In this document: piece after piece, positions 19,014 to 27,825 of the stretch
How positions within the stretch are numbered: the stretch's first letter is position 1
Layout of the letters: each line of letters opens with the position of its first letter
Virus record (IMG/VR): IMGVR_UViG_3300032053_011398
DNA length: 64,000 nt
Strand: one strand, 5' to 3'
From: a virus
Translations under genes and position numbers: made by a program
Notes under the pieces: model-generated
What the model was told of the DNA's origin: nothing
Databases searched by the model: none
Seen by the model: only the letters and a program-made list of their open reading frames with translations

Positions 19014-20054
19014 TTATGCCTGTTGAAGCCAATCCCATAGGTCGGACGTATCCGGGTTAAATGGCTGCTGCGCGTCTTTGGCTCTTATCCGTGGCTCCAG
19101 ATGCCTTAACACCGATTGATTTCGGATGTGAAACCGCCCGCCCCCAGCGTAGCGGTGGTTGTAGTAGATCGAGAGCATACAGCCTTCGGACTGCTTCTCG
19201 TAGCGGAACTCCCAGGGATCGTGGCTGAGATAGCCGCCCAGCAACTCCTTGGTGCTCTCCTCCTCGTCCTCATGGATGCCGTAACGGTCGGCGATCTGCT
19301 CGCGCATAGGGCGGAAGTCCCCAGCCTTAATCATGGCCTTGGCGTCAGCCAGGCCGTTGGCGCTGCCATGGTAGTGCATGAGGCCCTGCGGTGTATCCTC
19401 AGTCTTCACGAACTCGTAGATGACGTATTGCGTCCAAGTTCTCCAGGTGCCCATCTGCCCGAAGCTTCCAGGAACCCACCTGGCGTTCTTGAGCACCAAA
19501 AAGTTCCCATATTTGTAAACCTTCTCCGTCCCAAACCACCTGTTGTTCTGGCGGCTGAAGAAGCCCGGTTCGGCTGCCTTCATGTCCACCAAGCTGGCAG
19601 CACCCTCCCCACCAACTACTTCCTTAACATCAAAATCATCCTCCTCGGCCTCCTGAAGAGCTGCGTTGCGGTAGCCTACCGTGCCGGATGGGGTTCCGTT
19701 AACGATCAAGGGTGCGCCAAACAGGTTCCTCCAGCTCCTCAAGGCCCACTTTAGCGTTCCAAAACTAGCGAAACGCCCCTTCCAGCACCAGTGGTTGACG
19801 AAATCCACACGGATTCCGCCATGTCCCTTATCAAGCTCTTGAATCAGAACTCTTTGCACAGGCATCTGCGATACATATTCCCGGATACCCCTTAGATTCC
19901 GGCTTTTCCTGACTGCCCGCCCGCTCTCATCGTAGAGGTAATGGACTTCCGTGTAGGTCTCCGGCCATGACGTATCCGGGAAGGTGTGGGCTGCGTCTTT
20001 CCAGTCCAGGTCGTCTTCCGCCTCAAGCAAGTGCTTGATGATTTCGTCGGTCAC
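19014..20054 (-). CDS. Three-module protein with acidic linker tags; putative internal head protein
   Basis: Likely GTG start (VTDEIIKHLLE) 5 nt after GTAATTA; tags LEAEDDLDWKDA, QEAEEDDFDVKEVV and HEDEEESTKELL. Confidence 0.7.
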   Translation of the reverse strand: MTDEIIKHLLEAEDDLDWKDAAHTFPDTSWPETYTEVHYLYDESGRAVRKSRNLRGIREYVSQMPVQRVLIQELDKGHGGIRVDFVNHWCWKGRFASFGTLKWALRSWRNLFGAPLIVNGTPSGTVGYRNAALQEAEEDDFDVKEVVGGEGAASLVDMKAAEPGFFSRQNNRWFGTEKVYKYGNFLVLKNARWVPGSFGQMGTWRTWTQYVIYEFVKTEDTPQGLMHYHGSANGLADAKAMIKAGDFRPMREQIADRYGIHEDEEESTKELLGGYLSHDPWEFRYEKQSEGCMLSIYYNHRYAGGGRFHIRNQSVLRHLEPRIRAKDAQQPFNPDTSDLWDWLQQA

Positions 20055-20213
20055 AACCTTAATTACGCCCCTGGCGGGAGCCTCGCGCCGGGCCGTAAGG
20101 CCCGTGCCGAAGTTTTTCAACCTCGTTTTGGAACCCCGCATAGCGGGGCCTACTTCCAACTTACTTCCAACAGACCTGGTAAACCCTTGGTGGTGAGATA
20201 CAAAACCCATAAA

Positions 20214-20297
20214 AGGGGTGTGAATTTGGCGGTGAGGGGTGTGAATTTGGCGGTGAGGGGTGTGAATTTGGCGGTGAGGGGTGTGAATTTGGCGGTG
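20214..20297. repeat. Four perfect 21-bp direct repeats (AGGGGTGTGAATTTGGCGGTG); candidate iterons/origin
   Basis: Exact tandem copies with no spacers, immediately downstream of a rep-like gene. Confidence 0.85.
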
Positions 20298-20302
20298 AAA
20301 AA

Positions 20303-21067
20303 TCAGGCACAATCGGGATCATTTAGGATGGGGACGTAGATGACCTGGCGAACCCCTTTTTCGTTTACAATTTCCTGCTTAACCCTCTGGTGGAGCTTGC
20401 GCCAGCGGTCGAGACGACCTTCCCCTAAAGTGATCGTCCAGACTGGCACTCGGCCCTTGCGCCCGGCGATCACCAGCTCCCCCGTCCGCTGGAGCATTTG
20501 GAAGGCCCGCTCAATTGAGCGCAGGGGCGCGTAGGGGTGGAGCTTGCGCCACTCGACAGCGGAGATGTAGTGGATCGGCTCGTCCTCCCCTGCGGCTTCA
20601 TCCTCAGCGATCCAAAAGAGCACATTGTCGTGGATCACGGCTGCCAGGATGCCGTGCGTCGCGGCGATCTTGGGGTCGAAGGCATGGAGACCCCCGCGTA
20701 TGCGGTTGGCCAGAATATAGGTGTAGATCGCGCCATCCTGAAATCGGTTGATAAGTGGCGCATAACCCTTGACTTTGCCCAGAAGCTTGGGCAAGACCGC
20801 CCGCAGTTCTTCGATGCTCAGGTAAGGAAAGACGTTCAAGAGTCTGGCCTTGGTGCCGGTCCACTGGCCAAACTTCCGGCAGTGCCAGGTGAGGTATTGA
20901 TAGACCGCCGCCGCCAATAGGCCATGCGTCGCGGCGACCTCGATGTTGAACAAGTGGAGCTTGTCGCAGGGTTGGGGTTTGACCGTCAAGACCACATCTC
21001 TGGGCAGCTCCCTGGCTCTGAACTGTAAACTTTCTGCGCTAAACCGCGCTTCTTTTATAGCATTCAC
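20303..21067 (-). CDS. Tandem winged-helix protein, replication-initiator-like
   Basis: Internal duplication FNIEVAATHGLLAAAVYQYL / FDPKIAATHGILAAVIHDNV, each followed by a (F/H)PY..S segment, resembling phage initiator N-terminal domains. Confidence 0.6.
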   Translation of the reverse strand: MNAIKEARFSAESLQFRARELPRDVVLTVKPQPCDKLHLFNIEVAATHGLLAAAVYQYLTWHCRKFGQWTGTKARLLNVFPYLSIEELRAVLPKLLGKVKGYAPLINRFQDGAIYTYILANRIRGGLHAFDPKIAATHGILAAVIHDNVLFWIAEDEAAGEDEPIHYISAVEWRKLHPYAPLRSIERAFQMLQRTGELVIAGRKGRVPVWTITLGEGRLDRWRKLHQRVKQEIVNEKGVRQVIYVPILNDPDCA

Positions 21068-21121
21068 GATGGGCAGAACCGAATCGGTTCGCGTGCTGGA
21101 ATCCGACCAAAAAAGGATGTA

Positions 21122-21149
21122 TTGACAAAACTGATTTCATTGGTAAAGT
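21122..21149 (+). promoter_or_regulatory. Sigma70-like promoter TTGACA-N16-TAAAGT with extended TG
   Basis: Perfect -35; ATG at 21156 falls at the expected +1 (leaderless). Confidence 0.6.
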
Positions 21150-21155
21150 ATGCCT

Positions 21156-21854
21156 ATGGCTGAGCACATAACCACTATTGGCAAACCGAAAGTATCAACA
21201 GGCAGACCAGAACTTAAAGTGGGCCAGAAGTGGAATTTTTTGCTTATTCTGGCCGAAGCTGGCCGGGACAGGCACGGAGGTCGGCTTGTCCGTTGCCGCT
21301 GCGATTGCGGCAACGAAAAAGATGCCCAAGCTTATCACATCCGGGCAGGCAGGATCGTAAGCTGCGGGTGCTACCCGCGCCAGATGCGTAGAGGAAAGAA
21401 ACTGGGATATTGGCGAAAAAGCCGCAAAGGCGCTAAAACACCGGAAGAAGCAGCAAGGCGCAGCTTGTTTACGCACTACACCAGCAAAGCCCGCCAATTT
21501 CAACGATCTTTTGAATTGACCGAGCAGGAATTTTTCGCACTGACCCTAAAGCCTTGCTGCTACTGCGGATCACCGCCGAAACGCCTGTTCCACCGGGATA
21601 AGCGTGCCGTAACTGTTTGCCAGTGCCTATTCAACGGTATTGACCGGATTGACAGCGCCAAAGGCTACAGCAGAAATAATGTGGTGCCGTGCTGCTGGAA
21701 GTGCAACACGGCCAAAAACTCGATGAGTCAGGCTGATTTTGCTTCGTGGATTAAAGCCGTCCATGCTCATTGGGCACTAAAAGTCAATCAAGCTTCTGAT
21801 AGACTTTTGCCACAGCTATCGAATCCGGCCCCAGCACTGGGTGATAAAACGTAA
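21156..21854 (+). CDS. HNH homing endonuclease (CxCG/SCGC family)
   Basis: CRCDCG, SCGC, CCYCG, NGIDRIDS..GY..NVVPCCWKCNTAK. Confidence 0.85.
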   Translation: MAEHITTIGKPKVSTGRPELKVGQKWNFLLILAEAGRDRHGGRLVRCRCDCGNEKDAQAYHIRAGRIVSCGCYPRQMRRGKKLGYWRKSRKGAKTPEEAARRSLFTHYTSKARQFQRSFELTEQEFFALTLKPCCYCGSPPKRLFHRDKRAVTVCQCLFNGIDRIDSAKGYSRNNVVPCCWKCNTAKNSMSQADFASWIKAVHAHWALKVNQASDRLLPQLSNPAPALGDKT

Positions 21855-23589
21855 AACCACGGGTATCGAAAAGCTTTTTCCAAACACGACGGCCACTGCT
21901 TCGCAGCGTTGGGTGCTGCACGTCAATAAACGCGGTAATAAAAGCTTCGTTTTGATCTTTCTTCTTACGGATGAATCGACCTAGTATTTGCATCATCGGC
22001 TCCGCCCCCGCCACGTGGTCCGCTATAATTCCTCCTTTTAGTTCTGGAATCGACACACCCTCCTTGACCAGCGGGCTAATGAGCACTCCGCCCAACGTGT
22101 GCCGGAACCAATCAAAGGCTTCGTCGCGCTCCCTGGGCGTGTGATCGCTGAACAACACGCGTACCCGCGCCTGGCCAATGGTCGCGCCGATCATCGTTTC
22201 CAGAATCAGGACGTGCATGGTGCGAGTGCAGACCACCAGCGTCGGGAACTTGCGTTCCTGGCTGTAATACTCGGCCCAGCGCACGATCAGCTTGTTGCGC
22301 TCCTTGAAACCGATGATGGCCTTGTCGATAGTGCGCTCCAGGAGGCAATAGCGCGAGTCCACGTTGTAGGTTTTATCCTCGCCATCGAACTGGATGATAT
22401 GGTAGCCATCGACCGTGACCGGCTTCTCGACCACAATCCAATTGGCTGCCTTCACTGTGTCCACCTGACCCTCAGCACCGTAAACCTCGTTCTCCTTGGT
22501 GCCCTTCAGCTCACGCACCTTCCGCATCTTGATCTCGCCGTTTTCATCGCGCTCGTAAACCGGTCCAACGTAGGTGCCATGCTTCCACTCGTCGCCGACC
22601 AGTGCCCAAGCAGGAGTATCGGGGTCGGCCTGGTGGGGAACGTCTTGAAATCGGTTATGCCAGCGGCAATCGTCCACCAGGTAGATCGTGGGCTTGGCCG
22701 ACCGGCCCATGTCGATATAGGTGCCGACCGGCACCGTGTAGCGGATTGGCCCCAGGAGGCCCTGAATCTTGTTGGCGAGCGCCGGGTCGCTGTCGCGCCG
22801 GGAGTCCGACGCGCCCAACCGGAAGTAAGCCGGGAGCTGCATCATCAGCTTCGAGCTGGTTGGGGCGCAGATGTGATGGCACTCGTCTGCTAAAACGGCT
22901 ATAAACGAGGCGAACCACCTTTTGTCGATCAACTCTTGACGGTTGGCCCACAACATGGCCACGGTCGAAATCACCATGTTCTTGCCGGTATTGTCCTTCT
23001 TGCTGCCGCCGAACTGAGTGATGTCCCAGCCCGGCAGAAACGCCTTTATGTCCCGGTAAGCTTGGCGCACCAGGCGCTCGCTTTGCGTGACGTAGAGGAT
23101 GCGGGCGTCGGCAAACTTGGTCTGGATCATGGCAGCCGCCGTGGCGAACATCGCCGTCTTGCCGCCGTTGACGGCGATCTTGTTCACCCCCATGCCGTGG
23201 ACGAGCCAGTAGGCCACGGCCTCGCGCTGGTATTCATCCAAGTCGAACTCTGCCGCCAGGATGTCCACCGGGATGTCGTCTGAGACCAGATGCTCGAAGG
23301 GCGACTTCAGGCATTCCGACGTGTCCACCAGAAAGCCTTGCTTGCGGGCAAGGTCGATGATGGTGTCCCGGTGCCCTCGCAGACAGGATGCCGGTCGGCC
23401 CTCCGGGAAGGTGATGGGGCAGATGAAGCCGTCCCAACCATCCTGGCCCTCGGTCATGACGTAGGCTTTGTAGGAAGGGGCGTGCTCGAAGCCTTTGGGC
23501 CGAAAGCGAAATTTGGCGGCGATGGCCCTGATCTCAGAGTCGTCGCCCTCCAACTTCACCTTGGTTGGACCTTCAATGACACGAATCAC
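21784..23589 (-). CDS. uvsW: Superfamily 2 DNA helicase, UvsW-like
   Basis: YQREA Q-motif, NGGKT Walker A, DECHH, EGVSIP and QILGR; GTG start (VIRVIEGP) avoids overlap with the upstream gene. Confidence 0.8.
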   Translation of the reverse strand: MIRVIEGPTKVKLEGDDSEIRAIAAKFRFRPKGFEHAPSYKAYVMTEGQDGWDGFICPITFPEGRPASCLRGHRDTIIDLARKQGFLVDTSECLKSPFEHLVSDDIPVDILAAEFDLDEYQREAVAYWLVHGMGVNKIAVNGGKTAMFATAAAMIQTKFADARILYVTQSERLVRQAYRDIKAFLPGWDITQFGGSKKDNTGKNMVISTVAMLWANRQELIDKRWFASFIAVLADECHHICAPTSSKLMMQLPAYFRLGASDSRRDSDPALANKIQGLLGPIRYTVPVGTYIDMGRSAKPTIYLVDDCRWHNRFQDVPHQADPDTPAWALVGDEWKHGTYVGPVYERDENGEIKMRKVRELKGTKENEVYGAEGQVDTVKAANWIVVEKPVTVDGYHIIQFDGEDKTYNVDSRYCLLERTIDKAIIGFKERNKLIVRWAEYYSQERKFPTLVVCTRTMHVLILETMIGATIGQARVRVLFSDHTPRERDEAFDWFRHTLGGVLISPLVKEGVSIPELKGGIIADHVAGAEPMMQILGRFIRKKKDQNEAFITAFIDVQHPTLRSSGRRVWKKLFDTRGFTFYHPVLGPDSIAVAKVYQKLD

Positions 23590-23627
23590 ATGGGCAGTAT
23601 CCAGCCTGGCTGGAAAATGTAAACAAA

Positions 23628-24911
23628 TTAAGTTGCGGGCGCAGGGGTCGGCAGAGGCACGAACTGCTTGCAGGCGTCGATCACATCCTGGGGCGAGATG
23701 GCCCCCAGGCACTCGCATACCGTTCGGTTGGGCCGGGGCTGGCAATATTTGGGGAACACACCGCTATAGGCGAAACATGGGCTGAAGGGACAGGCTTCGC
23801 GTTTCCAAATCGGGATGTGGTTCTTGTAATATTTCGTCCGTTTGGCCGGGTCGCACAGGCCCCACAGTCCAACGCAGGGGATGTCCATTGTCCCGGCGAC
23901 GTGAACCATCATGGAATCGGGAGAGATCACAAGTGTCGCCTTGGTGGTCAGCGCCCATAACTCGCGCAGGGACGGCGAGACGTAAAGCTGAATGTTGGGC
24001 CGCAGGGTGCCTGATCCTTTGCACTTCAGGCAAATCTCATGAACAGGCGCGGAGGGCGCAACCGCCGTTCCGCTTTCCGTAATTGTGGTTCCGCTGGCCG
24101 TTACTTCAGGGACTTTCTCCAGCCTGCCCGTGCCGTTGCATTTGGTGCAGATCAGCGCCTTGCGATATGGCTCCGGGATGAACTCGTCATAGAGCGCCAG
24201 CCAATGAATATTCGGATAGGCATCGGCCAGCTTGCTCAAAATGAAGGCGCTGTCGTTGGGCGGCAGGCAGCGCACTTGGTTGGCCGCAGAAAGCTGATAC
24301 ATCCCAATCTGCTTCCCCTGGAAGGTGTTCGTGGACTGCATTTCCAGGAAAGTGAAGTTGGGCCGCACAACCTTCTGCTTCGAGTCGATGGTCTCCGGGT
24401 TGATGCCCGCCTTCCAAAGCATTACGTCCAGCGGATGTTGCTGATCCTGATGTTCGTCGGTGTTTACGACTGCTTCCAAGAGGAAGTAGTAGTCATACAT
24501 CTTGAACTGTTCGTGCTGCATGGGAAGGGTCTGAATCGACTTGATCCAGGGAAAGTTCCACCAGCAGGTCTGGTTGCCGGGGTCGGTCAAAACGTGAACC
24601 TCGAACCCATAGGTGGTCAGGATGCGGGCGAAGGGCCATGTCATGATCTGATCGCCGTAACCGCCGCTGCCGTTGTAAACCAAGATGCGCTGCGGGCCGG
24701 GCTTGCGGGCGAGCGCGTTGAAATTCTGGATACGGCTCTCAATTCGGCTCACTTTGAAGCACCGCTGATTAACGGCCTGCTCCTGGATGATGCGGTTGAA
24801 CTGTTGCAGGGGCAGAATATACTCCCGCCCAGCCTCGAAGGTCAGGGTTGCGGCCCCCGCCGACTTCTTGAAATTGATACTGACCGGTTCTGCGAATGTT
24901 ACGAGGTTAAT
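23628..24911 (-). CDS. GT9 (heptosyltransferase-like) glycosyltransferase with a CxxCxGxG zinc-finger insertion
   Basis: GGYGDQIM and SPDSMMVHVAG..DIPCVGLWG; CTKCNGTG and CLKCKGSG. Start is uncertain (ATT 24911 or GTG 24752). Confidence 0.75.
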   Translation of the reverse strand: MNLVTFAEPVSINFKKSAGAATLTFEAGREYILPLQQFNRIIQEQAVNQRCFKVSRIESRIQNFNALARKPGPQRILVYNGSGGYGDQIMTWPFARILTTYGFEVHVLTDPGNQTCWWNFPWIKSIQTLPMQHEQFKMYDYYFLLEAVVNTDEHQDQQHPLDVMLWKAGINPETIDSKQKVVRPNFTFLEMQSTNTFQGKQIGMYQLSAANQVRCLPPNDSAFILSKLADAYPNIHWLALYDEFIPEPYRKALICTKCNGTGRLEKVPEVTASGTTITESGTAVAPSAPVHEICLKCKGSGTLRPNIQLYVSPSLRELWALTTKATLVISPDSMMVHVAGTMDIPCVGLWGLCDPAKRTKYYKNHIPIWKREACPFSPCFAYSGVFPKYCQPRPNRTVCECLGAISPQDVIDACKQFVPLPTPAPAT

Positions 24912-25146
24912 AAGCCTGAATGGGTTAGAGGTTGAACGCTGTTCAGTAACGCGAACTCTCCCCAGTGCTGGAGAGCCGCCTGGTTGTAAACACGAGCAGC
25001 GCCTTCATCATCAAGGAGGGCTGTCTGGCCCCTCAATAAGCGAATTTCGGCCATATCAATTAGAACGGGGCAAATTTGTTTACAATTCCGATGAATGCCC
25101 CGCGTTGTAGATACCTGGAGGAGCCGCGTGCTTCTCGAATGGCATT

Positions 25147-25605
25147 ATGAAGATACAAAAAATTAAGGAAACTTTTAATGACTACAAAGTCGAACTGAGC
25201 TGGGGTCAACTCAACGCGATTTTCCGGGCATTGGAGCAGGATCATGCCGACCCGCTGGCCGACGAGTTGTATGCCGAACTTGGCTGGTATCTCGAAAACG
25301 TCCCTGGCCCCGGTGAAGACGAGGAGGAATACAAGGAGGCCAAAGACGCGGAGAAGCAGGCCATTGAGGGCGGCGATGAAGCGGGTATGCCCGGCGAGGA
25401 AGGCCGCGACCCCGAATTGCTCGGACAGGAAATTGGAGCCGAAGAGCCGGAAGGCGCTGAAGGCCCGGTGGACACCAAAGCCCCAATGGGCAGGGCGGGC
25501 AGCGAAGGTGAGGGCGGCGAGGAAGAATTTGGAGGCCCTGCCCCCGCCGAAAGCCCCGAAACCAAAGAGGCTGACAAGTTCCTGGAACGCCCGCCCGCAG
25601 ACTGA
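25147..25605 (+). CDS. Highly acidic protein, possibly scaffold or head-associated
   Basis: E/G/P-rich C-terminus ending ADKFLE; GTAGATA motif upstream at 25107. Confidence 0.7.
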   Translation: MKIQKIKETFNDYKVELSWGQLNAIFRALEQDHADPLADELYAELGWYLENVPGPGEDEEEYKEAKDAEKQAIEGGDEAGMPGEEGRDPELLGQEIGAEEPEGAEGPVDTKAPMGRAGSEGEGGEEEFGGPAPAESPETKEADKFLERPPAD

Positions 25606-25637
25606 GTTCTAAAAGCATGTGGTCAGTGCGGAGTTAA

Positions 25638-26255
25638 ATGAGCAACACAGCTTTAGCAACCACCGCCTCACGGCTGTCAGCGGCGCAAAACGTCGATAAC
25701 TATGCCGAAGGGGTTGCTGTCCATGTTAACGGCGACTGGGAGAAACATTATCAGATCACGTTCGTCAGCGCGAACTGGGTTGACTCGTGTGGAGATACGA
25801 TTGCCCTCAGCTCGCGGCTCCGTATTCCGCTGACCAACTACAATGCCGATGTGAACGTCGTCGTTCCGATCAAGCCCTTCGTCCAAGAGCTGGTTGGCGA
25901 CGCCCCAACCATCACTAAGCAGCCCAAAGCAGTCAATATCGGCACCGGCGAAACGGCTCGCTTCTACGTCCAGGCGACGGGCGCTCCGCCGCTCTACTAC
26001 CAGTGGTTTCACAACGGCAATCCCATTGAAGGGGCCATCTCCAACCAGTTCACCGTAACCAACGCCTATCTGGCTGACGCTGGGTTGTATATAGTGGAGG
26101 TCAGCAACGATTTTGGCCTGGTGATGAGCAGCGAGGTCAGACTCATCATCGTCTGGCAACAGAAGAACTGGCGAGAAAGCTCGTTTTGGGATGATGTGGC
26201 TGATTTCTTCGATAGTTACACCCCGGCTGGCTTGTTTTACGACCACACCGCATGA
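25638..26255 (+). CDS. Ig-like (I-set) domain virion protein
   Basis: PTITKQP..GETARFYVQATG..PLYYQWFHNG..DAGLYIVEVSN. Confidence 0.8.
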   Translation: MSNTALATTASRLSAAQNVDNYAEGVAVHVNGDWEKHYQITFVSANWVDSCGDTIALSSRLRIPLTNYNADVNVVVPIKPFVQELVGDAPTITKQPKAVNIGTGETARFYVQATGAPPLYYQWFHNGNPIEGAISNQFTVTNAYLADAGLYIVEVSNDFGLVMSSEVRLIIVWQQKNWRESSFWDDVADFFDSYTPAGLFYDHTA

Positions 26256-27349
26256 GCCAGAAACCAATAGTCACACAGGGCGAGCTGAAGAATACGATCA
26301 GCGGCCTGGACGCTTTGGCCAACAACCTGAACGATCACGTCAATTCCAGCATGTCGAAGTCACACGGCTGGACAGGCATGGATCACCAATTCTTCGATTC
26401 AGGCGGCTGCTGCCACACCAACACTCCTGGCCGGGTTCTCCGCATCGCCATGGGCAACCAGATTTACTATGCTCCAGCCCAGCTTTCGGGCGGCATTGAC
26501 GGCCATTCAGACCCAGTGTTGCCGCCCTACACTGGCATCATCTCCCCGCAGAACTCCGATCCGGCGCTCGATCTAACCGTGGGCAGCCCCACCGTGGCCT
26601 CTCTAGCCACTGAATTTGCCGGAAGTTTGAACATCATCGCCGGAGCTTCAGATACGACCTTGCTAACTCACGCGGGCATAGCCCCGGAAAGCGTCCATAG
26701 TGGCCTGGCCGGAATCACGCGCTACACCCGCGACAGCGCCGCGCACATCGTTGGTCGCCGGGGCGTCATCATCGTCATTGGAGGCAGCCCTTACCTGATC
26801 GTCTGCGACCACGTGGCCACAGGGCCAACCCAACCAACTCGATTCACGAACACCTGCCCGCAAATTCTTCCTACGTCGATCATCAGCCACGGCAGCTCAC
26901 TGACCTACCAGCAAACCTGTTACTGGAAAGACGAGACCAACGACGACCCGATGTGCGACTTCGTGGTCGAAATGCTGGTTCAGGGCACGCCTCCGATCCT
27001 TTGGAAGTATCAATACTGCACGAACGCCGCCAATCCTACCTGGACGAACTTGGGAGGCAGCGGGATTTACGGCGTCAACAATGGTTTTCAAATCGAAGTC
27101 CTTCAGGACGGCGCACACGCGGGCGATGACTGGATCATCGGCGACAATCCCTCCGGCACAACCAGCGCCAGTCCACCCGCAGTCACGCCGATCAGACTGG
27201 GCATTAGGCACCATCAATCAAACAAGAACGGCACTAATTTTGCCTACGGCATCCGCGTAATTGCGGACAACAGCGCCGTGGATGACGGCGCGGTCATCGC
27301 AAGCGATATGCTGTCGATGGCGATGGTTGACCACACCGGATGCTGCTAG
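26252..27349 (+). CDS. Putative structural/fibre protein
   Basis: ATGA-coupled to the Ig gene; Gly/Thr/His-rich beta-type composition. Confidence 0.65.
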   Translation: MSQKPIVTQGELKNTISGLDALANNLNDHVNSSMSKSHGWTGMDHQFFDSGGCCHTNTPGRVLRIAMGNQIYYAPAQLSGGIDGHSDPVLPPYTGIISPQNSDPALDLTVGSPTVASLATEFAGSLNIIAGASDTTLLTHAGIAPESVHSGLAGITRYTRDSAAHIVGRRGVIIVIGGSPYLIVCDHVATGPTQPTRFTNTCPQILPTSIISHGSSLTYQQTCYWKDETNDDPMCDFVVEMLVQGTPPILWKYQYCTNAANPTWTNLGGSGIYGVNNGFQIEVLQDGAHAGDDWIIGDNPSGTTSASPPAVTPIRLGIRHHQSNKNGTNFAYGIRVIADNSAVDDGAVIASDMLSMAMVDHTGCC

Positions 27350-27354
27350 AGCCT

Positions 27355-27825
27355 ATGCCAGACGTAATTTGTAAACAACTTAAAGTTCGCGGACTGATGA
27401 CGGAGACCGAGCACCAGCTCATCCGCGCCATGCTCCTGTGGGACGCGCAAAATCCATTCGCCTCCATGATGGCGACCTTTTACCTGGGCCGGGGGCGCGA
27501 ACTGGTGGACAAAATGCTGGCGGCGGGGGCCGACTGGAACGAGTGTGCGCAGCGCAACACGGTCATCCTCGCGCTGATACAACAAAAGAAGATGGCCGAA
27601 TCCTCCATCGCCTACGGCGACATGCTCGTGGATTACATGGCCAAATACTGGCCCGACTGCAAGGATGTCTTCTGGAAGAAGGCCGTGGAGCACTACGAGG
27701 AAGGTAAAGCCCGCGTAGCCAGAGGTGAAAGCCCGGAAGCAACCTGGCCCGCCTGTTCGGACGGGCCTCCACCTGCCTTTCCTTTCAGAGTTACCCTACC
27801 CGCTAATAAGACCGGAACCCAATAA
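27355..27825 (+). CDS. Hypothetical protein (possible fibre chaperone)
   Basis: Follows the fibre-like gene; coding-like GC3. Confidence 0.6.
   Translation: MPDVICKQLKVRGLMTETEHQLIRAMLLWDAQNPFASMMATFYLGRGRELVDKMLAAGADWNECAQRNTVILALIQQKKMAESSIAYGDMLVDYMAKYWPDCKDVFWKKAVEHYEEGKARVARGESPEATWPACSDGPPPAFPFRVTLPANKTGTQ

Noticed and set aside
20214-20297. 21-bp repeats as a CRISPR array, or as a coding RQIHTPH repeat in ORF 19014..20312
   Set aside because: There are no spacers and no cas genes. The N-terminal extension is unlike the rest of the protein, and a better GTG start with the late motif lies at 20054.
22330-22670. Roughly 110-aa insertion in the helicase as an intein
   Set aside because: No intein N-terminal block, no His-Asn/Cys-Ser-Thr C-terminal junction and no LAGLIDADG motif; more likely a beta-rich accessory domain.
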